DNA from: Octopus vulgaris | Lineage: Eukaryota | Length of the DNA: 64,000 nt | Reading direction: 5' to 3' | Assembly: GCA_951406725.2 (NCBI GenBank) | Contig: OX597830.1 | Coordinates: 14,446,001 to 14,510,000, forward strand | Part shown: positions 1 to 13,489 of the stretch, piece after piece | Position numbering within the stretch: position 1 is the first letter of the stretch | How the letters are laid out: the number at the start of each line of letters is the position of its first letter | Translations under genes and position numbers: made by a program | Notes under the pieces: model-generated | The model's database searches: none | The model's input: only the letters and a program-made list of their open reading frames with translations | Told to the model about the DNA's origin: nothing

Positions 1-18
1 CACAGACACAATGAAACA

Positions 19-19
<1 letters not shown>

Positions 20-76
<57 letters not shown>

Positions 77-462
77 ACAAGTTTCTGTCAGTTTCTGTCT
101 AGCAAATCCACTCACAAAGTTTTGTTCGAGCCGAGGCTAGAGCGATAGACTCTTACCCAAGGTGTCAAGCAATGAGACTGAACCTAGAACTATGTGGTAG
201 GGAGGCAAGCTTCTTGTCACACAACCACACCACATATAATATAATATGATATAATATAATATAATATAATAATAATATAATATAATAATAATATAATATA
301 ATATAATACAATATAATATAATATATATATATATATAAATATACATATATATATATATATACATATATACCTCTATATCTATAAATATATATATATATAT
401 ACATTCGTACATACATACATACACACACAAAATGCAACGTGCACACACTCAAACGCATGGAG

Positions 463-510
<48 letters not shown>
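20..510. repeat. (CA)n, (TAATA)n and (TA)n microsatellite cluster around a SINE head
   Basis: Directly visible simple repeats. Confidence 0.95.
78..232 (-). mobile_element. SINE family A, 5' part (degenerate)
   Basis: Reverse complement matches the family A head (GTGTGGTAAG-AGCTTGC...GGTTCAGTCCC...CCTTGGGCAAGTGTCTTCT...GTGGATTTGGTAGACGGAAACTGA) seen intact at 25245. A similar head lies at 510-662. Confidence 0.75.
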
Positions 511-511
<1 letters not shown>

Positions 512-939
512 AGTTTCTGTCAGTTTCTGTCTACCGAATTCACTCACAAGGCTTTGATCGACCCAAGGCTAGAGTAGAAGACACATGCCCAAAGTGTCAG
601 GCAGAGGAACTGAACACGGAACCACGTGTCCGGGAAGCAAGCTTTGTATCACACAGCCACAACCAGATGCACCGCCCCCGCCACCACTCGTCACCTTCTT
701 ACTTCCATCAATTCTACTTCCCAGACATGCTCTCTTCTTCCTTTACTTCCGATTTTATCACATCTACCCTCCATGCTATTCCCATCTTCCTGTTTTATTT
801 TTTTAATCGGTGCTGCAAAACCTAGTATCCAGGGCCATTCGCCCGTATTCATACTGACACGAACAATCATACAAAAGATACTAACGCACGGAAGAAAAGT
901 CATACATACACATGCTTATACTTACAGACATGCATACTT

Positions 940-1007
940 ACAGACAAGCATATATATATATATATATATATATATTATTATATATATGCATGCGTATGAT
1001 CGTGGGG

Positions 1008-1078
<71 letters not shown>

Positions 1079-1346
1079 CATGCATGCTTACACATATATA
1101 CGCATGAACATGTATACATACATAAATATGCATAAATAATACATATGCGCGTACATACGTGCATGCATACACACAAACACACACGCATATATATATAAAT
1201 GCACATACATATATCCTCAATACATACATACACACACATACATGCATATATACATACACACATACATGCATATATACATACACACATACATACATACATA
1301 CATACATACATACATACATACATACATACATACATACATACATACA

Positions 1347-1378
<32 letters not shown>

Positions 1379-1380
1379 CA
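940..1380. repeat. Compound (TA)n/(CA)n/(CATA)n microsatellite
   Basis: Directly visible; it accounts for the overlapping low-complexity ORFs. Confidence 0.95.
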
Positions 1381-2425
1381 CGGACACCCTCACACATGTA
1401 CAACCGAATATTCAAAACCAGACTTCCGTACATATTCCTCAACTCGCAGGAAGAAAAAAAAAACACTCACATGCAAGCGTATATATTTAATTCTTTTAAT
1501 TCTGTGGTACATTTGGAAATATTACTGTTTTCGGCCATGCTGGAGTATCTGTGCATTTAATTTTCCATTTGTTTTGTTATTGTATTTCTGATATATATTT
1601 ATATAATTACATTAATACATTCTTTCACTCGGAGATTGACTCGTATGTTCGAAGCTTTCCCAGTTTTATATGCAAACTCTGTCAATCCCTCTAAGTCACA
1701 CTATTCTCTCACAGATCAGGGAAGGGATACATATATAATCTGGCATGTGTACTCTAATCCTGAAAAAAAAAACCAAAAAAAAAAAGAAACAAAAATAAAA
1801 ATAAAAGAAATGACATTTTTACATGTAAAATAAATTCAACAAAATATGAATTTCAATCATGTAAATTACGAATTACTAATCCCAGAACGAAATGGGGAAG
1901 ACATTACAATATTCTATTTCTATCCATATCTTCCCTTTCACAATTAATATTTTGTCGAAAAATTTCTTAAACTTCTGATTCATATTTTAAGAATGCAAGA
2001 TTTGTTCAACGGATAGCATTAATTTACATAAGTAACCGGAAGTTGGTTGGTGAAAGTTCAGAACACAGCTTTTCAGATAATTATCTTAGTTATTTAGGAT
2101 ACATATTAGGTTTGTGAAACTAGAAGTATTCTCTAAAAATTCACAACGAAACATTTTATTTTGTGTTTCTTAATTCAAAAATGGCAAATTACCATTCCTT
2201 ACCTTAGTAGCTTTAATTGTTTAAAAGTTAAAATAGAAATTAGAGGCATTGACAAGGAAATTACATTGCATTGACTAGTATTGATGTCATCACCTTTTAA
2301 AACGGTCAACATGGACAATATTGAGAGAATACGGAATGTGTCTTTAGGCTTGTTTCAATTGAAAATTATGTTCAGTTGTATAAATCACATTGTGAATATT
2401 ATTGTGTTGAAACAAACATTAAAAA

Positions 2426-2472
<47 letters not shown>

Positions 2473-4590
2473 CTGTATTTATATGTGTAATATATGTATA
2501 TGTATGTATGTATTATGTATGTGTGCGTGTGTATGCCACTATGTATGTATATGACAGATGATTGGCGAAAAAACACTTAAAAGCTAAAGAATGTTTCTCT
2601 TTGTATCAAAGTAAAATAAAATTAAATTTCAACGAAAATGGAATTAGATAGAAGCGAAATAACATAGATTAGAAGACAAAGAGTATTGTGGAGAGAAGAA
2701 AACAAAGAATGTAGCCAAGTGATGTAGCCATTGTGAACAACAAAGAATGGAAACTGAGCAATGGTCGCTATCCACGGTAAACAAAGAAGAACGTAAATAC
2801 AAGACCAATTTCATCCTTTGTAAACAAAGAAGATACATGCAAGATATTTCCATCACAAGAACGTATCAACGAAATAAATTTATTCAAAATAGAAAATAAG
2901 AACATCTCTAAAGATGGCATACTGTATTGGGGTGGACTGAACGCCAATAAAATATCATTTAAATGTACACAAACATTAACAAAGAGGTTGAGGAAAATGA
3001 TATAATTATTTTCTTTATTTCTAAACAAATCTTTATTAGACTTGAATGTCTTCAGGTCTTGTCTATACAACTTCATTACGCTTTGACTTCGTTGACCTCC
3101 AATGAAATATTCCTTAAAAACGCGTTGATTCTAATGAAATCTACTTCACCACTCCCACCTTCCTTTGTCTATTCCCGCCTCTCATTCTTTCTCAAAGATA
3201 CTTGTTAGTTTAAAACTTCTATGACTAATGAAAGGCCAACGCTTCGAGGGACATCAAAAGGAAAGCAAGCTTTATAACATTGGAAATAACATGAATAACG
3301 TGTTTAAAAACATGCGTTGTTTTAATCTTTATAACAATCAGTAGTCATCAAATTTAAGGTGAATGCTGTGTTTTGTAGTAAGTATTCGCTTTATCGATTA
3401 CTTGCGTCGCACACACACTCATGCATGCATCCACATATAGTCTTTCCTTTATAGTTACGCAGAAATTGTCATACACTGAAGAACATAAAACAATATCAGA
3501 AGATATGGCTCCAATTCTGGCAACAAATAGTGTGTTTAGTTCTTAGAATATTTCTAACGCCATACTTCAATTATTTGACATTTCCGACATTTCTCAGTTT
3601 TTCAGAACATTCGATTTCCGCCCAATAAAACGCCATTTTTGTTTCTTTTATACATTGTGTATTTCTATAAACGTAGTTTATCACCTGCTTTGAAGGTATA
3701 ATACACAGTTAACCCCTTTGATCTCCTTGAATCGCGGACATGTTTTTCTCCATACAATTCCATTACATTTAATCTGTAGACCTTAATATAATGATTTGTC
3801 TGCAGCGTTCAATCCTTATTAACTTGCAATTCAAAGTACCGATCGAATATCAGTAAGTAGACGTGGAGAGCAACGAATATTTGATACTAAAGCGTAGTTG
3901 AAATAAAGTTTCACACACACACATACACACACACATACACACACATACACACACACATACACACACACATACACACACACACACATGCACTCACGTACAT
4001 ACAAAACACACACAAACAAGTATACACACGTGTGTGCGTGTTTGTGTGTGGGTTATTGTTTGTCAAATAATTGTTGTCATACGAAAATCTAATTACTAAA
4101 ATTTCGCAGTACATATCTTTAAAAAAATACTTTCTTCAACATTTATTCCTTCGAACTTACATTTCCTAATAGAGAGTGTATGACTTTAAAAAATTCTCTT
4201 GAGATTCTGACTCATCATAAAGTTGTATAAATATTTCATGTAACATTTAAAAAAATTATTTATAATCATCTTCTCTCACTAAGTTTCATATGCCTGAGAT
4301 TTGTGTCATTTTATTTGAATCAAACCTGAACTAAAAATATAAAGAAAGTTGACACACGAACACATACACACTAATGCATGAATTTTTATATTAAACACAC
4401 GAGCGCGTATACACACATATACATAGTTTGTTTATATGCTTCTGTGATGTGTAGTTTGGGTCTCAGGCTTTGTATAAATTATGTCCCTGCCTCAAAGGTA
4501 AATACGACATATGACCAAAGTGATGGTAGATTAATAGACTGAAAAATTACAGAATATTCTGATATGAGCCTAATCCTGACTATAATACTT

Positions 4591-4651
4591 ATCTCTTCTA
4601 CTATACAAATGTAAGATATAATCTCTTCTACTATACAAATTGTAAGATATA
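4591..4651. repeat. 30-31 bp tandem duplication
   Basis: ATCTCTTCTACTATACAAAT(T)GTAAGATATA occurs twice head to tail. Confidence 0.9.
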
Positions 4652-5659
4652 ATCTTTTGTTCTTAAACTTAAAGAGAAATTTCAGTTAGCCTAACTTCTC
4701 TTTAAAACTACATCTGTATAACTACGCAGAGAATACATTTGCCCAAACACTCACGTTTCTCAACTGTAATTCAATAACACATACTTCCTGTTACTCAGAT
4801 TAAAAAAAAAACTCAATAACACATTCTCATTTTCTCTCATTGCTTCTCGTGCAATAAACTCTCGTCCTCCCACTACAAAATCCCTCTCAAGTCATCATTA
4901 TCCTCAATGATCAGAGTGCACACAGCTCTTGGTTTTTTGAACCCCCCTACCACATTGAATTGCCTGATTGGAGGCCGAAGTGCTTGTAATTCTAAGCTCT
5001 GACTCTTTGCACCTTAAATGCTTGAAACTAGAACATGTCAGGGATTGCCTCAGTAAATACTGAAGATCACATTGAGTCACTCCTCAATATGTTTCCATTT
5101 TTATTAGTGCTCATCTGAAATTTTGTCAGTATTCTCTTATGCTTTTGAGAATAAAACTAGCCATATTATTACAGTCTGCACTTAACTATATGTTATTCAT
5201 ACAGAAGGCACGTATGGGAAACTTTCCAATGAATACACAACTGCGTGCGCACACACACAGGGAATACAGATACATACATACACACATATACACACGCGCA
5301 CGCCCACACAGGCACACGCACACACGTACACACACATGTTTATATAAAACCGAGTCGTGCCAATTTATCATCACGTCCACTATTTAGACTACCTGATCAT
5401 TACCTATTAAGCAGCTCAGTTTATATATTTGTACTACAAAACAAGCCTGACCGTCAAACTTTCTGCCACTGTTTGACTGAAAGCACCAGATTTGCCTCCT
5501 TTTCTTTTACTGATTTGTCCGGATGTAGCAAAGCCGAACGTTTAAGAAGTGTGCTCGAGAATCACGAAGTCTCAGATCCGATCCCATTGCATGGCATTTG
5601 CTATCTTAACTTCGAATGAACCAAGCCTTGACACTGAAATTGGGTTGAGGAAACATACG

Positions 5660-7272
5660 TACCCAAACGCAACGGAATGATCGAAAGCGTTTTAATTTTT
5701 CTTAGTTGTGTGTGTGAGGATGGCAAGAAAAGTGGAGCTTACAGGTAGGTTAGCATAAATTATACATAATGTGCGCACTTAGGAAGCATTATGAAAACGT
5801 TGGCACTCTGTAAATAGTCGTTCTCTTATCAAGGACACTGTATTTTGTGTTTGTATTCTCTATCTGCTTATGGTATGACTGTATTGCTTTGCCTCTAAGT
5901 AGTTTACACTTCAATCTTCTGGTGCAGCACTTTAGACAAGTGTCTTCTGCTATAATCCCGGACCAACCAATGGTTTGTGAGTGAATTTCGTAAACGGAAA
6001 CTGTGCAGAATCTCACGATGTACATGTGTGTGTATATGTGTGCGCGTGTGTATGTGTGTTGTAAGCCAGTTGGAGGGGAGATTGTGCCGGCAATGTAAAA
6101 GTCCAAATTTATCATCGATTTTCACGCGGATTCTGTTTGAAAATTATATTTAGCGAAAAAGCGTCTGTAGGATATTCAACCACATGCACAGAAATTCGAG
6201 GTACAGGTCATTCCTGTGATGAAACCTCTGACTAATCATCGTCAAAACTGACATAGAGTCATTTCATATGTAAAAAAAAATGGTGGAGGCGCGTGTCATT
6301 GAGGTCAGGGTGTTGGACTCATGATCCTAAGATTGCGGTTACAAATCTTGAACCGAACGATGCTTTGTGCTCTTGAGCAAAATACTTCATTTCACGTTGC
6401 TCCAATCCATCCACTCGACAAGGAAAGGGTATTCCTTCAACGGACAGGCGTCCCGTCTCGTTGCAAGTGTATACGGAAGAGAAACCGAGAAACCGGCTCC
6501 GAAAGGATTTTTCTTCTTTTAGGAGAAAATGAGTTTCCGAGACTTCTAAGTCAATAACTGATACCAGCCTTCAAAATCCTTCCTAAAACAACAGGGTGAA
6601 GTCATGCCCCAACTCCATTTCAGATGTATTCACCCAGTTCCATAAGTATGTTAGGTAATTACTCAACAAAAAAATGAAGGATGCTTTATTTCATCGGTTT
6701 GCATCCCTAGTCAGTACTAAATCTTTTATCTTTTATCTTTTACTTGTCTCAGACAGTAGACTGAACTGAAGCTGGGGCACGCCCTTGTAAAGTTTAATCG
6801 GAGAAATCTACGTCATACTTATTTTTCAAGTCTGGTATCACGAATACTGTGGCCGAATTGCAGTCACAGGGGCATAAACAAACACTGAATGTAAAGTGGC
6901 AGTGGAGAACACACGCGCATATATATACACACACATGTAAATTGTGAGATTCTGCACAGTTTCCGTTTACGAAATTCACTCACAAATCATTGGTTGGTCC
7001 GGGATTATAACAGAAGACATTTGTCTAAAGTGCTGCACAATAGCCATACAGCCATACCTTAAGCAGATACAGAATACAGACACAAAATACAGTGTCCTTG
7101 ATAACAGAACGACTATTTACAGAATGCCAACGTTTTCATAATGCTTTCTATGTGCACATATTATATATAATTTATACTAACCTACATTGTAAGCTCCACT
7201 TTTCTTGCCATCCTCACACACACAACTATGAAAAATTAAAACGCTTTCGATCATTCCGTTGCTTTTGGGCAC
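5660..7272. repeat. Long inverted duplication: arms ~5660-6051 and ~6908-7272, spacer ~850 bp
   Basis: The right arm is the reverse complement of the left over ~370 bp with scattered substitutions and one ~30 bp indel. ORFs 5789-6115(-) and 6944-7141(+) give near-identical peptides. Confidence 0.9.
6285..6510 (+). mobile_element. SINE with head D and tail 4 (degenerate)
   Basis: Head GGAGGCGCGTG...GGACTCATGATC...CTTGAGCAA...TTTCACGTTGCTCCA resembles 50840. Tail GGAC-GGCGTCCCGTC...GAAACCG resembles 29130-29220. Confidence 0.6.
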
Positions 7273-7661
7273 ATAAATAATGATACGCATATTTTTGCAT
7301 ATTCTATCATTTAATCTTGCCAGGAGACATTCTCATGCAATCTAGAGACGCCACACCAAGCACACACTCACTCTAGCATCAAATAGAGAAATAAGGACCC
7401 GAAATTCTCTTAAATCACGCTCTTTTGCTTGAGAAATGGACAGAGACATTGAAAAATATACTTCTCTATATTTCTTATATTTTCGGTATTTGTATTCGAC
7501 GAAAACACGTTCCTTCTATTCATTTTTCTCGTGAGAAATGTTGTGGCAAATACCTTTGCCGTAACATTACAAAAATGTATTAATAACGTTATATGTGTAT
7601 ATGGCATGTTGATATATCATATATATATATATGGTATATCTGTATATCATATAATATGGTA

Positions 7662-8341
7662 CTAGCAGTATAGCCCCGCATTGCCCGGGATTAAGTTAGG
7701 ATTATTAAGTAATCAAACGCTTTATTTCAAACCAAAATAAGTGACACCGACATCAAACTTGAGCGAAATAAGTTGAAATTGGTAAACGTTTGGCTGAAAA
7801 TGGGTTGCAGGCAATTTGATTGGGAAATCCCATAAGGAATCGGTTTATCGATTATTTCCACTCATCGATTCTTTTTTTGTTTTTGAGAACTTGAAGCATT
7901 CAAAGATCCCATGAGTCCTAAGTAATGCTGGCAACACGTTTGAGCAAAATATGTTAAAATTGGTCAAAGCTGTGTTTGAAAATTCGAACACTAAATCTCG
8001 TGTTTAAGAAAAAAAAAATTTACATTTTTAATTTTAGTGAACGCTTTCACTTACTCTCTCTTTCCCTCACACACACACATTTTCACTTCGCTATGGAAAG
8101 AAGGGACTTAATTCATGTTAGCAAACTTCAAAATTGGTAAAAGTTAAGGTTGAAAATAGATTTTTACAGCTTCCCGCGATGCCTTAGGAAAAATAAGTTG
8201 ACGAAAATACAGCTAGGGCCGTGACGAATGCCCTCCTGAAATTAGAGCGACATGCGTGCTAATTTGTGGACGTGAATAAATTACATTCACGTACACACAC
8301 ACACACACACACACACACATCCTGCCTTTTATATATACAGA
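7662..8341 (-). mobile_element. Non-autonomous Helitron
   Basis: On the minus strand it starts TCTGTATATATAAAAGGCAG and ends CCCGGGCAATGCGGGG...CTAG (subterminal hairpin plus CTAG). It is inserted between A and T with no TSD. Confidence 0.8.
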
Positions 8342-8683
8342 TATCGGTATATCAGCAACAACAGTTAGTTGGAAAATACCGTATGCTGCACAGGAAATCG
8401 ACCGCGTGGTGGACAGGAAATCGGTCGGATTGTTGGAGGAGAAGTAAGAAGGGCAGCTATGTGCAAGTAATAGCTGTATATGTGTTTATGTGGACGCGCA
8501 CATATGGTTTAGTGTGCATGTCTGTATTGATGCGAGCGTGCGCATCTTTATATGGGAGCGCACGCGCACGCGTATACACACACATATGAACGGACATGCG
8601 CGCACACACATACATACACGCGCATACACATACATGCATACATATGCACACACATACACTTGCGTATTTATTTATAACTACAT

Positions 8684-8843
8684 ATGTAGATGTGGCTGTG
8701 TGGTAAGTAGCTTGTTTACCAACCACATGGTTCCGGGTTCAGTCCCACTGCGTGGCACCTTGAGCATGTGTCTTCTTCTATAGCCTCGGCCGACCAAAGC
8801 CTTGTGAGTAGATTTGGTAGACGGAAACTGAAAGAAGCCCGTC

Positions 8844-8890
<47 letters not shown>

Positions 8891-9110
8891 TATGTTTATG
8901 TGCCTGCGTTTGTCCCCCCAACATCGCTTGACAACTGATGCTGGTGTGTTTACGTCCCCGTGACTTAGCGGTTCAGCAAAAGAGACCGATAGAATAAGTA
9001 TTAGGCTTACAAAGAATAAGTCCTGGGGTCGATTTGCTCGACTAAAGGTGGTGCTCCAGCATGGCCACAATCATATGACGGAAACAATTAAATAGTAAAA
9101 GTAAAGTAAA
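8684..9110 (+). mobile_element. SINE family A, full length with internal (TA)n
   Basis: tRNA-like A box (TGGCTGTGTGG) and B box (GGTTCAGTCCC), CCTTG-GCA-GTGTCTT core, internal microsatellite, 3' module ...GGTGCTCCAGCATGGCC...GAAACAA, and a (GTAAA)n tail. Confidence 0.9.
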
Positions 9111-9915
9111 GTGCGCATGCGTGAGCGCATACATATCATTGCGCGTGTGCACAAGCATGAGTATACATGCGCATAACAAACGCTGGAGATTGCTAAGCGT
9201 TGAGGATTGGCAATTGGCGGTGCTGCTCATGGGCTTTGTTGGTGACGGCGACCTTGGTGCAGGCAGTGCAAAATAGCAGCTGGTGCTAGGGTGGTATATC
9301 GGGTTGTCGGCAGTCAGCGGCTTGAAATTTGCCAGAAGGGCATACCTTCAACTAACTGTGGTTGCTGATATACCGATATACCAACATCAAACCACGATAC
9401 CACGTATCCTTCCTCGACTAATCGCAGGCCACCTTACGGTAATAACAATCAGCTTCTTTCATTCAAATTCAAAATAGCTGAAGACTAGCATCACGCTTGA
9501 AACTCGGAGTACCAACAAATTTGAATAAAACTGCTTTGATTCACACACGCACACACACACACACACACACCTGTATGTGTGTGTGCGTGAATATGTGTGT
9601 GTCTGTTTTTTGCTGAGATATTGTTCCTATCTAGTTTCATGTCATACTTTCCAATTCTCTCTTTTCTCCTTTTCCTCTTGGATTCTAACATCCTTCTTCA
9701 TAACTTTTCCACTCTTTACAAAATCAAGCATTCTCATTGAGTTTTCTCCATTCCTCAATCTCACATGGAATATATAGAAGATTGAACGTTATATTCTGAA
9801 TTTTCACGGGAAATAATGTTCACAAAATTCTGGAGTTTTGTTAAATTTACCAAGTCGGTCTCCAGTTATTTAAAAGATATATCTATGAAACCAGTACTTC
9901 AGAATAATATTAGTT

Positions 9916-10270
9916 TAGGCGGTGAACTGGCAGAATCGTTAGCACCCCGGGCGAAATACTTGGTGGTATTTCCTCTGCCGCTACGTTCTGAGCTACGCAC
10001 TGGGGTCGATATAATCGACTAAATCCGTTTGTCTGTCCTTGTTTGTCCTCTCTGTGTTTAACCCCTTGTGAGTAGTAAAGAAATAGGTATTTCGTCTGCC
10101 GCTACGCTCTGAGCTCAAGCTCCGCCGAGGTCAACTTTGCCTTTCATTCTATCGGGGTCGATTAAATAATTACCAGTTATGTACTGGGGGTCGATGTAAT
10201 CGACTTAAACCCTTTGTTTGTCCTTGTTGGCATCCTCTATGTTTAGCCCCCTGTGGGCAATAAATATATA
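9916..10270 (+). mobile_element. SINE family B, tandem dimer
   Basis: Head AGGCGGTGAACTGGCAGAATCGTTAGCAC, central GCCTTTCAT...GGGGTCGAT...TACCAG domain, and a tail TTTA-CCCCTTGTG present twice. Confidence 0.85.
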
Positions 10271-10282
10271 AATACTATTAGT

Positions 10283-10495
10283 TTAAATTTTGGCACAAGG
10301 CCAGCAAGTTCGGGCGAGGGTATAAATCGATTGCCTCGACCCCAGTTCTCAACAGGTACCTATTTTATCGCCCCGAAAATTATGGAAGGCAGATTTGACT
10401 TCAGCGTTATTTGAATACAGAACGTAAAGACGGACAACATACCGTTCAGTATTTTACTCCGGCGTGCTAACGATTCTACCAGCTCACCACCTCCG
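10283..10495 (-). mobile_element. SINE family B (older copy), tail to tail with the previous copy
   Basis: Reverse complement gives GGTGAGCTGGTAGAATCGTTAGCACGCCGG...TTCGGGGCGATAAAATAGGTACC...GGCCTTGTGCCAAAATTT. Further B copies lie at about 10710-10930(+), 14870-15057(-), 17638-17745(+), 32582-32790(+), 39910-40100(-), 52400-52620(+) and 61990-62150(+). Confidence 0.8.
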
Positions 10496-11639
10496 TCTTA
10501 CATAACAATATGGCAAGCAAATATCTTACTTCATTAAAAGTTTTAAATTCAAATACTAGTACTCCTAATTCTTATTTCCTAATAAGTCATTAGTACTAAA
10601 GATGCTGGTAGTTGTAATTTCGATGATAATGGAGATGAGCATAATTAATTAATTATGGAATGCTTTCATTAGCGAATGCTTTCTGTATTATTAAATACTT
10701 CATTAAGTTGTCGAGCTGGCAGAATCGTTAGCATGACGGACAAAATGCTTTGCAGCATTTCGCCGATCATATACGTTCTGAGTTCCAATTCCGTTCAGGT
10801 CGACTTCGCCTTTTATCCTTTCAAGGTCGATGAAATAAATACCAGTGGAACACTGAGGACTATGTAATCGGCTACATCCGTCCCCCACTCAAATCTCCGG
10901 CCTTGATCCTATTGTAGAAAAGATAATAAATACTTCTTCAAATATATATATGCTTATTCTATATATATGACCATTACACTTTGAGCAACGTATTTTGTGA
11001 ATCCTTCTAATTTGCCTGCATGCCAGAATGATAGTGAATCCTTGAAGTGTTATATACCGGTGAAATATTGAAGCAAATGAACTGTATCTTCGTGGGTATA
11101 TTGCAATGACATATATAAGCATGATTGTGTTTCAACATTTGTAAACATTCTTATTGTTATACTAGAATAATTTATAATTTTAATCGTTTATTTATATCCT
11201 TGATTTGCTCTTAAATTAAATATTTACTCATTATTTTTTTATGGCTTGAATCTACTTTGTTTTAATATCCAATGATTTGCTGTTTTCCGTATAAATTATA
11301 TTAAAATTTAATTTAAAATACTTTCATAGATATAAAGTGGACATAAACAATGGCCACTTCAATGCTGAAAATTAAATTTAAAGAAGTTAATTGCATTCAA
11401 TAAGGGAAGAAGGAACAGAGAGTGTTCATAATGAAAGTATATAATAATTGATTTGGCACGCTAACGTTCAATATCCTCAACAATTTTAAGGGCTACCGAT
11501 ATCCTACAAACAAATGCAGAATCGTATGTAGAACCTGTGGTTAAGATCCTAGCCTTTCAAAGATCTTGTTTGTAATTGTTGGCCGTTCACCATCCATTTC
11601 GCCTATTTGTAGATAGTTGTGACCACGCACCATCACATA

Positions 11640-12480
11640 CTAAACGAACGTGGTTCGGAGACCGATCCAGTCTTTGATGCTGTCAGACCATTTTTGTTTA
11701 TCTGCATTTTCTTCGTTTTCATTCATAAATTTCTGAAAAATGAATTTATACAGAGAGTCGCTTCATTAAACATGTTCGAACCAGAAGAGTACTTTGGTGT
11801 TTCAATCTACTTAGGAATGTTTTGTTAGCGATCAGCATATTTTGTGAAATCGTTACTTGTAAAGCTGTTTGTGCAAGATGTGTATCTGTATGTTGTAACA
11901 TATGTGCCAGAACAGCAGGAGTTTACATTCTGTGCCATCTGCGGGTATCCAGCCTTCACCACTATACAGATATATGGATGGGTCACCAGGAGCATGTACA
12001 AATTGCGATTCACGAGAAAACTAGAGATGTTTTGCATATGACGTTCAGCATCAACGACTAGATGATGTTAGGCCAAGCCTTGCTCACCTCTTTCAATGAG
12101 CTGCATTTTTGTTCAAAGTGGATGCAAGGTATTTAAAGTTGAGCATGATGTTGGCTGCTACATTCCCTTCGTGGTTCTTCATCAAAAGCGCGTTCTTTCC
12201 TAAACTGACTTCCATTCTGTACGATTTGGGTGCTGGGGACGAGCCTCTGGTCGTTTATTTAGTTACTTTTCCATTAGGTCGATATTTTTAGAAAATGCAT
12301 GCTACGAAGGGCCGTCCTCCAATGGAAATGGAAGAGTAAGATTTCTGTCACCCGTGAGTTGTTTTCTAGGAAGATTTTGAAAAAGTACTGAGAGGAGACA
12401 ATTTTTGAAGAATCCAACAGTGGTATTGAAAAAGTCTCGGATGCTTTTTCAGAAAAACTGCGTTGCTTCAATGTTTATTC
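11640..12480 (-). pseudogene. Decayed RTE-clade LINE reverse transcriptase, 3' half
   Basis: Frameshifted minus-strand translation gives, in order, FFNTTVG..NCLLS..IFLE, SIGGR, NFKYLASTL, LYSGEGW, FWFEHV..SDSL and KWSDSIKDWIGL. These correspond to the RTE motifs TTVGVRQGCLLSP, FKYLGS, LYGCEAW, LRWFGHV and W.DNIKEWTGL. Confidence 0.75.
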
Positions 12481-12918
12481 AGTATTTGAATTGGACAGGG
12501 TAGAAATGTGTCACCACTTGCCACTGACCCTCATGCTAAATGTCGTCAAATTATATTAGAACATTACATTCTCTTGGACGATTATATTGAGCAGGTGAAT
12601 AAGAGAAAAGATCAAACTATACATTAAGCACATGCAGTTATGTCTAAAGAAAGCAAAGCGAATAACATATGATGCCACTGAAGTGGGAAACAGAGTGTTT
12701 GCAGGCCACTCCCTCTCCAGAGCTTTTAATATACTGAGCATCTCAAATGACCTGTTGGTTGAATGGCAGTGACATGGGAAGAAGAGGATGCTTCAAGGTG
12801 GCTGTGGATCAGCAAATTCTTGAGCCCCAGGTGGGTTAGTGCTACTTGGGATAGAGCCAAATTGATACAACTTGGGGATTGCTCAATACTGGCTGGGTCA
12901 GCGTGTGAAGGTATCCAA

Positions 12919-13347
12919 GGATCTTTTCGGTTTGAACGGCAGTTTTTAATATAATTTCTAGGTAACTAAAAAAATTTAAACTTCGTATACTGGTAGAATG
13001 TGTTTATCAAACATCTTTTTTCTCTTGGCTTTATTGAGAAAATTCTATAGTGTGTAAGATATTTGTTGTTTTTTTCTTCAGTTTCTGCAATTTCAACCAA
13101 CCACTGACGTCTATTGAGGTAAAAAAAAACTATTCTGTGCTGTATGAACATGTCCCTCGTTTAAGAAACAGATTGGGTTTATTTACATTTGTGAAGAAAA
13201 AAGATACCCTTCCCCCACCCCTAACCCTAACTAACCCTAACCATAAAACAGATTGAAATGCAATAGATCGATAGTAGGGTCATAATTATGGGCGACAATT
13301 TCATATGACACCGCTAGAAAAAACTGCCGTTCAAACCGAAAAAATCC
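12919..13347 (+). mobile_element. Merlin-like MITE, copy 1
   Basis: ~29 bp TIR GGATCTTTTCGGTTTGAACGGCAGTTTTT, 9 bp TSD GGTATCCAA on both sides, internal CCCTAA repeats. Confidence 0.9.
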
Positions 13348-13489
13348 GGTATCCAATTATTGAAAGATCCAAAACATACTGTGACCCAGGGTATTATCAG
13401 TAACAATGTGTCCTATTGCATCACAAGATATGATTTATGAAGAAAAAAAAAAGAAACTCAATTTGCTAGTGACTAAAATATATTTGTAC

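Larger units (their letters stand above)
7657..9383. mobile_element. TIR-bounded element whose left TIR is split by the Helitron; also holds a SINE A insertion
   Basis: Removing 7662-8341 restores TGGTATATCGGTATATCAGCAACAACAGTTAGTTG, which matches the reverse complement of 9349-9383 at 34/35. No TSD is visible. Confidence 0.6.

Noticed and set aside
137-1591. Many overlapping ORFs rich in YI, HT, CV and MYVC (also near 36.4, 42.2, 46.4 and 58.5 kb)
   Set aside because: These are translations of dinucleotide and tetranucleotide microsatellites, which lack stop codons.
4443-5173. Possible solo LTR (TG...CA with an internal AATAAA)
   Set aside because: No matching TSD and no second copy, PBS or PPT in the window.
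9042-9348. Minus-strand open frame with a signal-peptide-like stretch (MSSTANCQ...LLCACILMLV)
   Set aside because: It lies inside the TIR-bounded element and runs into a SINE tail. I see no recognisable domain or convincing splice sites.
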